DNA of 63,368 bases, the filler included, from Octopus bimaculoides (taxonomy: Eukaryota): assembly GCF_001194135.2 (NCBI RefSeq). It is 5 parts of 5 records of this genome, joined end to end, with 100 filler letters (N's around TTAATTAATTAA, not from the genome) between each part and the next. Parts side by side here need not be neighbours in the genome. Positions count along the whole stretch, not along the records: positions 21,240 to 36,395 come from NC_068984.1; positions 36,496 to 46,275 come from NC_068981.1; 3 more parts are not named here. One strand, written 5' to 3'. The number at the start of each line of letters is the position of its first letter. The stretch's first letter is position 1. The position numbers and the translations under genes were made by a program. The notes beneath the pieces were generated by a model. It had not been told where the DNA came from and searched no databases. It worked only from the letters and a program-made list of their open reading frames with translations. Shown piece by piece: positions 25,249 to 38,002 of the stretch.

Positions 25249-25719
25249 GACCAGACGAACAGACAAAGATAAAGAGAAACATAGAAAGATTAAAGAGTTA
25301 GCCGAGTATAGAAGCAGAGCAATAAAAGTAACACTGTCAGAGCTGATGGCCTTCTTGATTTAAAGCTACTGGAATTTCTTTCGCAATTATCGTGTATACA
25401 TGCTGTAGAGCCTAGAGACCAGGAAAGAAATTGTTTGGGGAAGAATTACCTACTATGTGCAATGCAGAGTTGAATGTAAAGTAAGTAGAAAAAGAAAGAT
25501 ATTTTCTTCATGAAGTTACTACTTATAGATCCATCATGGTTAGAGAGTGGATGGAAGGATGTTTTTGAAAACTTGGTAGAGAGCTCTTTGTTAACGAAAC
25601 AAAAGACTAGGCCCCATTTTGGGTGATGGAAGAACTTTCGATTTGTGTAATTCATGAAGGTAATTCTTTCACTAATGGTTGTGCAGAAGTTGCGGTGATG
25701 GATAAAAGTCAACTAATTT

Positions 25720-26450
25720 GTAAACTACAATATTTTCAAATATTGCAATATAACACGAACGACAAAACAAAACTGTCGTTATCAAACTTAAATGATTTAT
25801 CTTCACAGATAATATTCAAGTCGCTATTATGCACGAAATTAAATTATAAAAGTAATCTGGGTGCCTTCCAATTTCAAATTAATAACTTAGCAGACCAAAC
25901 CATGGAAACACCTACATAACGTATATAAAATCATGTACTTAAGATATAAAATATGACCACTGATACCTGTTGGTTAACAGATACGTCAACACAGTCGAAA
26001 TTCAAAACAAAACACGTCGACTTAAATGTATACATAAAAATGAACACACCAACCGTCACATTAAGTAACATGCTTAACTGCATGACAACATTTTTTTAGG
26101 GAGACGCTATACATCCCGGTACAAAAACAATAAATTTTACACAAGAGGTGAAGCAATTGCTGCACTGCTAAATTGCCTTAACATCCTAAACAGCCCATAT
26201 TTGCATACCTGAATATCTCACGAAGCTAACTGCACCACCTGCAATGGAATAAATATTAACATCAGCGACAATGCTCACGCCATACTTCATGTCACAAGGA
26301 CAGCCTCAAATAATATATCGTCACTCCAACAATAAGTAAATGTTCTTATTAAAATTTTTCCTAAAATCTTCCACCAAAAACTATCTATTTACAACGACAT
26401 CCACCAATATAAAACCTGGAAACTGAGCAGATTCCTTATAATACTAAAGC
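25720..26450 (+). mobile_element. Degenerate LINE apurinic-endonuclease fragment
   Basis: FQILQYNTN...TKLNYKS and YTRGEAIAALLNCLNILN motifs. Confidence 0.55.
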
Positions 26451-27118
26451 CTAATTGACTATAGATCAGAACATTTCAAACAGATTCATGGTTATGATTG
26501 TTTACTTCTCAATCATTTTGGTTCCGGATTCGATCCTGCTGCGCCGAGAAAGAGTTTTCTACTATAGCTTTGAACTAACCAAGGATGAAAGAAGGAAATT
26601 TGGTAACGGGAAACAATGCGGAAAGGTTATGCGGACAGTTATTACTATTGAAAGGGATAGCTTTGCTACACAGTGTTTGTAGAGTGCTAAGTCACATACA
26701 CTATAATACAGTACAACGAGGGTGTAATTCTGTTCATTTAAATGATTGGAATTTTCATCACATAAACGGACGGAGGACCCAATAAGTGACTGAATGTGTC
26801 TAAGTAACAGTTTATGTTCAGCAATTGCTGTGAAGATTAATAATAAATTACGTCATGGGAATTTGCAAGATCGTTGGGGTTTTTTTTCGATTATTTTTAC
26901 ATTAATGTATGTGTTTATGTCTCTCACTTTCTTTTGCATACAACCAATACTAATGTGTGCTTGTGTGTGTATGCGTCTGTGCATGTGTGTGTGTATATAT
27001 ATGCCTATACATATGCATATATATATTTATGGATATATACGTGAATGTGTATATATACGTATAAATAAGCATATATATGCATATATGCATATATATAGAC
27101 ATATGTATATGTATGTGC

Positions 27119-27184
<66 letters not shown>

Positions 27185-27890
27185 TATATATAAGTATATA
27201 TATACATATATGTTGTTGTCTGTGATTATGTATGTGCTTATAAGTAATCCTGGGCGTGCGTACGCATCTGTATAATCTAGCGCTTAAATGTTGATCTTCA
27301 TCACACAGACACACACACAAACACACACACACACACACACATACATATGCGCATCTTCACATATATACGCACGTTTATTCGCAGAAAACAACAAATAATT
27401 AAACGTAAATATAATTAGTTGTCAACAGCAGTAAAATGTGGATGTAAAACCAATAACTGGAGAAAACAAGAAGTATTATATCTAATGTTTGCTAAAAATG
27501 CTCAAATTGATATCGTGTCGACCAATACACCTACTGAATATAAATGTGTCAAACATATATTTCACTGTTCAATCTTCATGTTGGAAACGCTTCCTAACTT
27601 ATTTTTAGTCTATCAATTTATCATCGTATGTATGTATGTATGTATGTATGTGTGTATGTATGTATGTATGTATGTATGTGTGTATGTATGAATGTATATA
27701 TGTATGTATGTATGTATGAATGTGTGTGCGTATGTGTCTGTGACAGACCATNNNNNNNNNNNNNNNNNNNNNNNNNNNNNNNNNNNNNNNNNNNNNNNNN
27801 NNNNNNNNNNNNNNNNNNNNNNNNNNNNNNNNNNNNNNNNNNNNNNNNNNNNNNNNNNNNNNNNNNNNNNNNNNNNNNNNNNNNNNNNNN

Positions 27891-28071
27891 GTGCCAGAGG
27901 GTTTGCAAATCCAATGGGGGTCTTAAAAGACATGTTAGGATCCACAATGAGCAGAACTTACTTGCAGGTATTGGTAGTGCAAATCAGAGGTGCAATCTGT
28001 GTGGGTGTTTTTTCAAAACACTGTCTGGTTTAAAAGGCCACATCAGACGCCATGAAAGGGGTAAGGTGTAG
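27891..28071 (+). mobile_element. Two C2H2 zinc fingers, probably the C-terminus of a LINE ORF
   Basis: (gap)C-QRVCKSNGGLKR-HVRIH and C-NL-C-GCFFKTLSGLKG-HIRRH, then a stop; no TGEKP linker; short UTR followed by (TATG)n. Confidence 0.5.
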
Positions 28072-28479
28072 GTGCAGGAGGTGGTCAAACTCTGTTTAAG
28101 GAGTAGACAACCACCATGTATGTATGTATGAATGAATGTATGTGCGTATGTATGGGTATATATATGAATGTATGTGTGTATGTATGTATGTATGTATGCA
28201 TGTATGTATGTATGTATGTATGTATGTACGTATGTATGTTTGTATGTACATATGTATGTATCTATCTTTCTATTTGGCTATCTACCTATTTATTTTCTAA
28301 TTGTCTTTAGAAATCACAACACTATCTATCTATTTATCTTTTTCTTTAAATATTATCTGTCTTTAGAAAATACTGCACACAGAGAATACCGACATTTACA
28401 CCTATATTAGTTTCACATATGTAAATACACACACATATATTCTACTATGAACACACATCCAACAAACAGGTTCACCTAA

Positions 28480-28513
<34 letters not shown>

Positions 28514-29149
28514 TCATAATATACACGGTGTCCCAAAATGTAAGCACAGATTGAATGATTATACAGCTTGTGCATATTAAAATGCATTTCCTTTGCAAAA
28601 TTTAATAGAATCTACAGACAGAATTTAATTCTTTTATGAACGCCTGTTATCAAACTGATAATATCTTTTAAGTACTACTAGCAAAACATGACCCAGTACC
28701 GACGCATGGCAATGTTGTATCTCATAATTTCGCCGTAAATTGGGCGTCATCAGCAGCAGATAACCAAACACCGAATGCCAGATCAAAAAATCAGTCGAAC
28801 CGATACAGTTTAACATTGGCTAAACAGTAACTAGTTTGTACACAGCCTGCCAGTTTTTGCAGCATCCCTGGCTGCTTAGCTTCTGTACAACTATATCGGT
28901 TTGATAGATTTTCGACAGCCTGTTGTTGATGATACGAAATTTACAATGAAATTACATGATACAACAGTGCCATCTGTCGGTACTGACGAAATTTCGTCAA
29001 CCGATATAATCAATGCTTTTTATAATACCTAGTGTCTGTACAAGATCATTTCTTAGGGCGTTTAGTGCAATTTATATGGAGTTCTAAACAACACATCCAA
29101 GTTAAGTTGGATATGCTAATTGAACTTCTTTAATACCACCTGAGAATAA

Positions 29150-30823
29150 CCTACTGCACCGACAGTTTAGAACAAAATTACACGATATAAAATTTTTGAA
29201 GAACTGAAGAAAGTAACAACGAAATTGAAATGTCCGTTAGTGTAACAGCAGATGGGGTCCCAGCAATGATTGTGCCTAAGGTAGGCTTTCTATCCTAATA
29301 AAAGGACAAATTAACTTTTTTTAAGTTACTCCTTTACTCGACTGCGGCCATGCTGGAGCACCGCCTTTAGTCGAGCAAATCGACTCCGGGACTTATTCTT
29401 TGTAAGCCTAGTACTTATTCTATCGGTCTCTTTTGCCGAACTGCTAAGTGACGGGGACATAAACACACCAGCATCGGTTGTCAAGCAATGCTAGTGGGGA
29501 NNNNNNNNNNNNNNNNNNNNNNNNNNNNNNNNNNNNNNNNNNNNNNNNNNNNNNNNNNNNNNNNNNNNNNNNNNNNNNNNNNNNNNNNNNNNNNNNNNNN
29601 NNNNNNNNNNNNNNNNNNNNNNNNNNNNNNNNNNNNNNNNNNNNNNNNNNNNNNNNNNNNNNNNNNNNNNNNNNNNNNNNNNNATATATATATATATACA
29701 TATATATACGACGGGCTTCTTTCAGTTTCCGTCTACCAAATCCACTCACAAGGCTTTGGTCGGCCCGAGGTTATAGTAGAAGACACTTGCCCAAGACGCC
29801 ACGCAGTGGGACTGAACCCGGAACCATATGGTTGGTAAGCAAGCTACTTATCACACAACCACTCCTGTGCCTATGGATATGGTGCATCGGCCAGGAAACA
29901 ATGATTTTACAACTCGTTACATAATTCATCAAGAAAATTAAGGCACAAAGTCTGTAAAACTTAAAAACATGGGTGCTGTTATTTCAGTCATAAATTTTAT
30001 AACTTATAAGTTTACTACTTCCCTTCGCTGGTTAAGTAAAGGGAAGTAGTTTTATAACCTCAGAGAAGATATATGCGCCTTCTTAAACATGAAGGTTAAA
30101 TCTAACCTTTAGCTTGTGACCTTGCATTGCTCGTAGATACCACCACCTATTTAAATGATCTCAATTTAAAATTGCAAAAAGAAAATCAGTTGGTTCATAA
30201 AATGTATACTCGTGTCAAAATTTTTGAAACAAAACTTCAGGTTCAGTAGAATCAACTCAGGACTGATGACGCTTTCCATTTCTCCACACTAGCCAATCAC
30301 AGTGAGTTTGGATATAATCAATGATTTTTGCTGTAGAATTAAATGAGTTTAAAATAATAAAAAAAACGAACTGAACTGCAGATTTAATTACGAGGTAGGA
30401 GCACTAAGCAGATTTAAGAACTTGAAACCTAAAGAAGCTAGTTTTAACCTTTTTAGAAATTCATTTAATGTCGATGTTGAAAATATAGCATGAAAGCAAA
30501 TAACTGAAAATATAGCACGAAATGGAAATAACTGTGTTTTGATGAATTTCTTTAACAAAAATTTAAAGACAAATGTTTATTGCAGTTTATGAAAATCTTC
30601 CTGACTTAAAAACTATCCCCAAGATACTGATGCAAATATATTTGGTACTATGTATAAATGCAAGCACCTTTTTTTTTTTCTAGAGTGAAAATAATATAGT
30701 AAAAAAACTAGATTAAGATTGACAGATATTCGTCTCGATGAGAATTTACGAGATGCAACATTGTATATATCAGTAAATATTGGAAAAGTTGTAAAAAAAG
30801 TACAACGTAAAATGTCTCACTAA
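29150..30823 (+). mobile_element. Degenerate hAT transposase (SPIN/Charlie/GTF2IRD2-like), split by a SINE
   Basis: SVTADGVPAM, HQEN, RWLSKGK, DLALLVDTTTYLNDLNLKLQKENQLVHKMY, FGTMYKC...RLTD...KVQRKMSH*. Confidence 0.8.
29325..29875 (-). mobile_element. SINE family A, full-length (gap in the middle), inserted in the hAT relic
   Basis: Both halves match the copy at 22387-22785. Confidence 0.85.
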
Positions 30824-31419
30824 AATATGTGAATAAATTATCTCATTTTACGTCAATAACAAATGAATGCATACGATCTTCGTTGTATCTATATTTTGTG
30901 AGACAGCGCTTTAGCATGTCGCTTAGTCGTATTATTTTCCTCGTCAATGCTGCTCATTTATTTCACAGCATTTCAGTTATGGTTATGGCTATGATCTACC
31001 CAACTTGTCAGGTCACGTCAATTTATTTTTCAATTTCATTTTTTTTTTTTTTTAGTTGGGGGTGTTGCTTCTTTTTTGCCGGATAACTATTTTCTCCTAG
31101 TATCATAGCTTAAAAGAGTTCAGCTAAACTATGTACATAACAATGATTGAGCAAAATGTTTATTGGATTTTGTGATCTTTTGTTGTAGGTAACGTTTTCA
31201 GCATTTTTGAACCATTGGCGATTTTCACTAAAGTTCATACGCTTAAACATCTTTTGCTTTAGAAACAGGAAACGTTCATAATTTGTTTTCTCCTTGAGAA
31301 GAAATATATTTTTTTCCTTCACAAAATATTTCTTGTGTAATGAAATGAATAAATCAGAAACAATTCGCACTACTTTTTAAGTATATTTTTATATTGGTTT
31401 CAAATTTTAACACAAGACC

Positions 31420-31610
31420 ACCAATGCCGAGGTGGGGTAAGTCGATTACATCAAATCCAGTACTCGACTGGTACTTATTTTATCGGCCTCTAAAGGACGA
31501 AAGGCAAAGTCGACCTAGACAGTATTTGAACTCAGAACGTTAAAGGCGAACCAAATACCGATAAGCGCTTTGCCCGGTCTTCTAAAGACTCTGCCAGCTC
31601 GCCGCTTTAG
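31420..31610 (-). mobile_element. SINE family C
   Basis: agtcgattacatc...aaggcaaagtcgacct...tttgaactcagaacgt...ctgccagctcgccgc. Confidence 0.8.
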
Positions 31611-32109
31611 TATATTTTTATATTAACATTATTTATTAATTTAAAAATGACCAATGAAATTATTTACTGATCATATTGTTAAATGTACATCTGTAATATT
31701 TAAAAATTAGATTTTTAAAATTTGTATACATGGATTATGAAAATATTCAATTTTTCTTCAAAACACAAATCATAAGGATATTCATATTTAATACACAAAT
31801 TTTTCAAGTATTCATTTTCTTTGTCCATGTATTATTCCGTAATGTATCACTATGCCTGTTAATCACACTATCATCAGTAAGAATATTATACCAAGGCTTC
31901 AATTTTTAATTATAGAAAGAAATCTTTCCCCTATTTCAAAGGCAGATGCTATGGGCTCCTGTAGTGAAAATAGCTGAGGTACCTTCAATAAAAATTTCCT
32001 TCAATTTGTTTCAGTAGCCCTATTATCAGCCATATCTCATGCAGCCCACTGCTTGAAAAAGGCTATTTATGTCTGTTACTTGTTTAAATGTAAATTAATG
32101 TTTTAAAAA

Positions 32110-32430
32110 ACTGGTACTCCGTCGGTTACGACGAAGAGGTGTTCTGGTTGAGCTGATCAAGGCACGTCTGCTCGTGATATTAACGCGAACGTAGCTGAGC
32201 ATTACACAGACGTGCATGTCCTTAACGTAGTTCTCAAGGAGATTCAGCGTGACACAGAATGTGAGAAACATTATCCTTTGAAGTATGTGTACCACCCGTT
32301 TTTGTCAGCTGAGTGGACTGAGGCAACGTGAAGTAAAGTGCCTTGCTCAAGGATACAAACACCACCGGAAATCGAACACACGACCTTACGATCGTGAGCC
32401 AAATACCCTAACCACTAAGCCACGCGCCTT
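32110..32430 (-). mobile_element. SINE family B
   Basis: cggttacgacgaagagg...gagattcagcgtgacacag...cttgctcaagga...aaccactaagccacgcgcc. Confidence 0.85.
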
Positions 32431-32589
32431 CACAAATTGTAGCCCTAAACTATATCATCTCGTTAGAAATCAGGAGGAAAAGAGTTGGTTTAAATTTGTA
32501 ATGTATGTATTGCAAAATATCAATTATAAGATGGTAGTCTGAGAGAGAAAAGCCAACGTTATTATGAACTTTATTAGTCAACTCAATTT

Positions 32590-34720
32590 ATCATCCAGCT
32601 AGTCAGAATCTGCCAAAATTCTTTTACCATTTCGAGAAGTAAATTCTTCAACAACTGCAATTAGACTTACTTAGTGTGTTCGTGCTTTGAGATACGAAAG
32701 TATAAGCAGAGAATTTAATCTTGCTCATGTCATTCTTGATGGAAAACATATCCGAAGATTTTGCCAGAGAAAATGTTCGTTCAGCCGTAGATCTTGCAGG
32801 AATCGACAATAAAAGTTGACAAATTGTCTAAATCTCTGATATTAATTGCTTGTTATCGGCCGTATTTCTTTTCTTTGTTTCTTTTTTCAGAAAGTCTACA
32901 ATGTCAGCCAAATCACAAACAAAGGTTTCTTCATAGAAACTTCAAAACCCGAAAGTCTAGACATCAAAGAACTAATGTCACCAGTGTATCTTGATGTTTG
33001 ATGGGGTGCTCTTTTATTTCATAGCCCTTAGGAACTATGTCTCCAGCCTTAAATATATCTTATAAATCGTCTGATCAAAGTTTCAGTCGATAGAAGACAC
33101 TATTGAATCTACAGTCGAAAATGCACTTACGCGTAATGGTTTCGTTCTACATCCAGAAATGTAGCTTTCCCAATTCTCATTCCAATTTTTATATGAGCTT
33201 TTCGCTTCTGTGGTAAAACACATTGTTTTCTACACAATATCATCACAGAGAGTATCAAAAGAATCTTCGTTCCTCATATCTTTCAAAACTTACTTTGTAA
33301 TTTTGCCCTTCACAATCGTTCTATTGATTACCTTTTAGTTGTTTGCTATGACATCAATAAACAGGTTATGTGCTAGTAAGACACTGAAAATCAACATCCA
33401 ATAGGACCAAATGTTTATCGAGAACTGTTGTAACCAAACTTTTTGTACACACTATCTAGTTGCAATCGAGATTGAGATACCCACCAAAGTTTCAATTTAC
33501 TCTTAAACTCTTCAATGAATTTTTTCAGCTTTCTGAAATGAATTCTGTCTCTTTGGAGAATACTTGATTGAAAAATCCCTTTTATTCGCGTAAAAATCTC
33601 ATTACGTCAAATGATATTTTACTTTCACTTATTGTTTCCTTCACGCTCAGGTTTCAAGAAAGTACTTAACAATTCCCAGCTGGTAAAACCTTAGGTTGAG
33701 ATTCTACCAAACTGCTGACCATTCCAAATTTTTCCCAGGCATGTCGCTCGCTCAGTCAAATCCTGCAGTTGCGTAGGTGTAGTCGCAGTCTTCTAAGCAC
33801 ATCAATAAAAATATTGTTAGAGATTTTTGTCCGGCACCTGTGGGCCACCAAGCCTTTCTCGATCCAACGAACAGGTGAAGTAAGTTCTACCCTGTTTGAT
33901 GCGTTGATATACTCGTCAGCAATAAAAAGTTTATGCCTATTTTACCGAGAAAATCTTTCACTACAAAGTCAGCCATTAAAGAACAGAACTACTTTTGAAA
34001 ACAAAATTTTGCATCGTTTGTTGCTTGCTATCACTGCGAATACCCGAAATTGTAAAATAATCAAATTAAACAGATTTTTGAAAAAATATTTTCCCAGCAG
34101 ACACTCGACATTTTACGTAATTATATTATCCTGAAAAATTAAAGATTTCTAACATTTTCAGATGCTTCAGCTTCATATATGAACACTTAAATAAATTAAC
34201 CTCCAAACAACAATACAATGATTCTAGGTATTTTATTGTCTTTTTGTTATTTCTTATTTTTTTATTCTATTGAATCTGTATCGAGTGAACAACTTTATTA
34301 CACCAAATACTATAATTTGTTAAAATGTTTTCAACACACAAAGCAACGTAATCTTATCCAAAACAGTCAACTTTCTCCCCAGACCGAATTCTAACAGGTT
34401 TCATCTGCGGCCACATTGTATGATATCGACAGCAATATGTGAGTTTCTACTTATACTACTTTAAAAAGGCAACTCCTATAAATTTTCAGCGTTGACATGA
34501 TTAGGTTTTTGTTTCGTTATCTCTTTTTTATCACACAACTGAGTTCCCTAAAAGTATTTTTACCTTCTTAACAAACACATCAGTAAGTCCAACACGATTT
34601 CTCATGAAATTCGCCAAATTCCGAACTCCAATCGTTCGAAATAGATGCCAACAAATAGCTGAATAATTCTTGTGAGATTGTATCGTGCAATTACGACTGA
34701 CTCGTTTCTTACACTTGCTG
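32590..34720 (-). mobile_element. Degenerate hAT transposase (ZMYM1/Tip100-like)
   Basis: IADEYINASNRVELTSPVRWI, GFD*ASDMPGK and the C-terminal STAERTFS dimerisation motif; the possible N-terminal YSAICWHLF is weak. Confidence 0.68.
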
Positions 34721-35559
34721 ACAAAGTAAGACATGCGTACGGTTTGCCGAAACAGAGACTATCCCAGCACTAAATAAGTATCATACACGTCTATTTGGCG
34801 GAAGTTTTTCTGAGTGGTATCACTCTGTTCTTTATATCTCAGAAAGAATAAGGTTACAGTTCAATGAGTCCTAACTTATTGTTAACTCTATTGAGCACTT
34901 TGTGATATTATGTCGGAAATTTCATCACTCTAATTGTATTGTGTTGAAGACATATAGGTCTAAAACATACATATGTATCTGTGTGTATGTCTGCGTGTGT
35001 GTGTGCGTGGACACACCGTCATATAAATAAACATCTAAATATCGTATGTTATATCCATACACACATATACACACGCACACACACACACACACACATATTT
35101 ATAAATATTAAATATCATGTGTGTGTGTACATGCATGCATGTATGTGTGTGTTTATATATACCATTATTTTATATATAAACATCTAAACAAATACTTATA
35201 TGTATGTGTATATGTATTTGTGCACACACACACACACACACTTACATAAATACATACAGTAGACAGAGACATTCAAGCGTGACCACACGCAATTACATAC
35301 AACATATAAACACATGAACACACGCACACACGCACACACACGCGCACATACACACGCATATACACACACACGCACACACACAAACAGACAAACACATTCG
35401 CATAGGCGTGGACGTGCGCAATTATATAAAATGAGTTTCAAGAATAACAGTACCGTTTCGAAATAAAATTGACGAAGAGATAAACAAAATCAAGGAAATT
35501 AATGAAATAACAAACAAATTGTTCTTTTACGGTTCATTTTATGTCAGCTTCGAGCCATA

Positions 35560-35585
35560 AAAATCGTCATCATCACCATCATCAC

Positions 35586-35638
<53 letters not shown>

Positions 35639-35868
35639 CCACCATCATCATCATCATTATCAATACCACCACCAAAACCACTTTCTACCACCATTACCAT
35701 AATCATCATCATCATTATCACCGTCTTTCAACACAGCCACAACCATCACCATCACCATCACCATCACCATCACATCATCACTATCATCGTCAGCATTTTC
35801 TCCATCACCATTAACGCCGAGACCGCCAGTAACACCGCTCCACCACCACCACCATCATTATCATCGTG

Positions 35869-35924
<56 letters not shown>

Positions 35925-35945
35925 CATCATCATCGTTATTATTAT
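35560..35945. repeat. Compound trinucleotide microsatellite (CAT/CAC/ATT)
   Basis: Direct inspection; this is the source of the spurious poly-D and poly-N ORFs. Confidence 0.95.
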
Positions 35946-36181
35946 GTGGTAGTTTTATGAAGGATGAGGTGGGAGTTGTCATTTTGTTGTTCTGTCCGTT
36001 CAAGTCGATATATTTCCTTAAAAATATCTCTTTTTAAACTACAGCATTAATTCGTTAGTTGATATATCATTAAATACTTGATGTTATTGGCACAGTTGAC
36101 TTTCTGTTATAATGTTATGATGCTATTATAGACTTTAGTAGATATCTTCACACGTTGATCCCAGCTAATAAACTATGCACG

Positions 36182-36230
<49 letters not shown>

Positions 36231-36352
36231 GGATAGATAGATAGATAGATAGATGTACACATTTTATATGTGTGTTTATACATACATATATATACATATA
36301 AATACATGCATGCATACACACACATAAAATGTATACTTCTATCTATACACAC

Positions 36353-36395
<43 letters not shown>

Positions 36396-36495
36396 NNNNN
36401 NNNNNNNNNNNNNNNNNNNNNNNNNNNNNNNNNNNNNNNTTAATTAATTAANNNNNNNNNNNNNNNNNNNNNNNNNNNNNNNNNNNNNNNNNNNN
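36396..36495. other. Artificial scaffold join (44 N + TTAATTAATTAA + 44 N)
   Basis: Same construct as at 21140. Confidence 0.95.
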
Positions 36496-36914
36496 AAGGA
36501 AGTAGCTGATAAAGAGAGAAAAAAATAGCTTTAAGAGGAAATACACGGTGAATGTAGGTCAGAGAAAATTTCACTTTCATTTTTGTCAATCGCCTCGCTG
36601 AACCTTGGTTTTCCCCAGTGGTTGCCACAGTGTTTCCCCCACCCACAAACCTTCTGTGGGTACACACACAGTCTTACCTACTCAAATGTGTACCCTATCT
36701 CCAGATTTGTTTTCTCATAACATTCAGAGAAATGGATATTTTAAGAAATTTTCTCCAAATACGCTACAGATGAAGTAGTTTACGATTATGTGAGAATTTA
36801 ATGTGAAAAAGAAAGTAGGGCGTGCTCACACCCACATACAATGAGATGCATAACGATATCTTTTTCAATTTCAAAGTTCATTTTGTAGATATCTGATATG
36901 TGTCATTACGTATC

Positions 36915-37085
36915 CTTTTACTTGTTTCAGTCATTTGACTGCGGCCATGCTGGAGCACCGTCCCGAAGGGTTTTTAAAGTTGATGAAATCAACACCAGAA
37001 CTTATTCTTTGTAAGCCTAGTACTTATTCTATCATTTCTTTTTTGCCGAACCGCTAGCTTACGGGAACATAAACACACCAAGTAA
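36915..37085 (-). mobile_element. SINE family A, 3' half
   Basis: cttttacttgtttcagtcatttgactgcggccatgctggagcacc...cttattctttgtaagcctagtac...aaacacacca. Confidence 0.85.
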
Positions 37086-37129
37086 AGGCAGGGGACGGAC
37101 ACACAAGCTAGTGACATGTAAAAACACCC

Positions 37130-37295
37130 ATTACGCTCTTGGAGTGTTTAGGGTTAGGAAGTGCATCCAGCCATAGAAACCATACCAAATCAGACTGGGG
37201 TCTGGTACAGCCTTCCAGTTTGCCAGCCCTGGTCAAACCATCCAACTCATGCCAACGGACATTAAATTATGATAATATTGATGATGATGATGATG
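37130..37295 (+). mobile_element. SINE/RTE-type 3' tail ending in (GAT)n
   Basis: gggttaggaagtgcatccagccatagaaacc...aaaccatccaactcatgcca...gatgatgatgat; related inverted fragments at about 38150-38240 and 38420-38580. Confidence 0.6.
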
Positions 37296-37859
37296 GTAAA
37301 AGACGTACCTTGCCTGTCTCCTCTTATGGCTCGTCCTCCTTGCATTAATATTTTTTCCATCGTCTTGGCTCAACAACCCTCACCGTTTGTTTTTACAGTC
37401 TTGTTCTCACTGTCCTGTTCTTGTTAACACTTTCACCCTCCGCAAACAATCGCAACTTTTATTTAATGTGCTTTGCGGGAAGAACTGTTTCAACGAAGTC
37501 GTGTATTGTCCTTGCCTTCGAAACGCGGAGTAGATGAAACAGGGACAACTGACGAAGGGGTATATTCTTTATGCTGCATGTCTCATTTCTCTGTTTGTTT
37601 TTTTTCTTTGTTCGAAAAAAGTTCGTTTTCTATGTTTTCGGTTCTCATTGTGTTTAACGTTTTTTTGATGTTCTGTACCCGTATATGCATGTGTATATAC
37701 ATATATGTATGTATATATGCATATATTTATATATATATATATATATATATGTAGTGAAACTAACACCTCGATCGCCATTGTATACAAAGAAGCCATTCTT
37801 CCCTTGCTGTTATAAATATATTCAAGATCGGCCGTAGTAGAAAACACATTTCCCTGTCA

Positions 37860-38002
37860 TCACGTGACTGATTATTATTCGAAGTGGCAACTGCTTCATA
37901 TCTTTCCCGCCAGAACGCAAACTGACCAACCGTGGCCCCTAATAAGGTCACGTGATAGAGTATTTTTCTGATGCCTTGGGAGCCTACCATCAACTATAAA
38001 TA
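37860..38002 (+). promoter_or_regulatory. Possible promoter: two opposed GTCACGTGA E-boxes upstream of TATAAATA
   Basis: tcacgtgac at 37860-37868, gtcacgtga at 37947-37955 and tataaata at 37995-38002, in apparently unique sequence; motif evidence only. Confidence 0.25.

Noticed and set aside
28520-28550. tacacggtgtcccaaaa, resembling a Tc1/mariner TIR start
   Set aside because: No partner TIR or transposase remnant was identified
28715-28765. Minus-strand ctgatgacgcc...ggcgaaattatg
   Set aside because: The cleavage position is G and stem I needs a 4-nt bulge
31916-31978. 63-nt AG/GT-bounded open segment (KEIFPLFQRQMLWAPVVKIAE)
   Set aside because: Weak donor, no homology, and equally plausible splice signals on the opposite strand
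35539-36003. Poly-Asp and poly-Asn ORFs
   Set aside because: They are trinucleotide microsatellite translations
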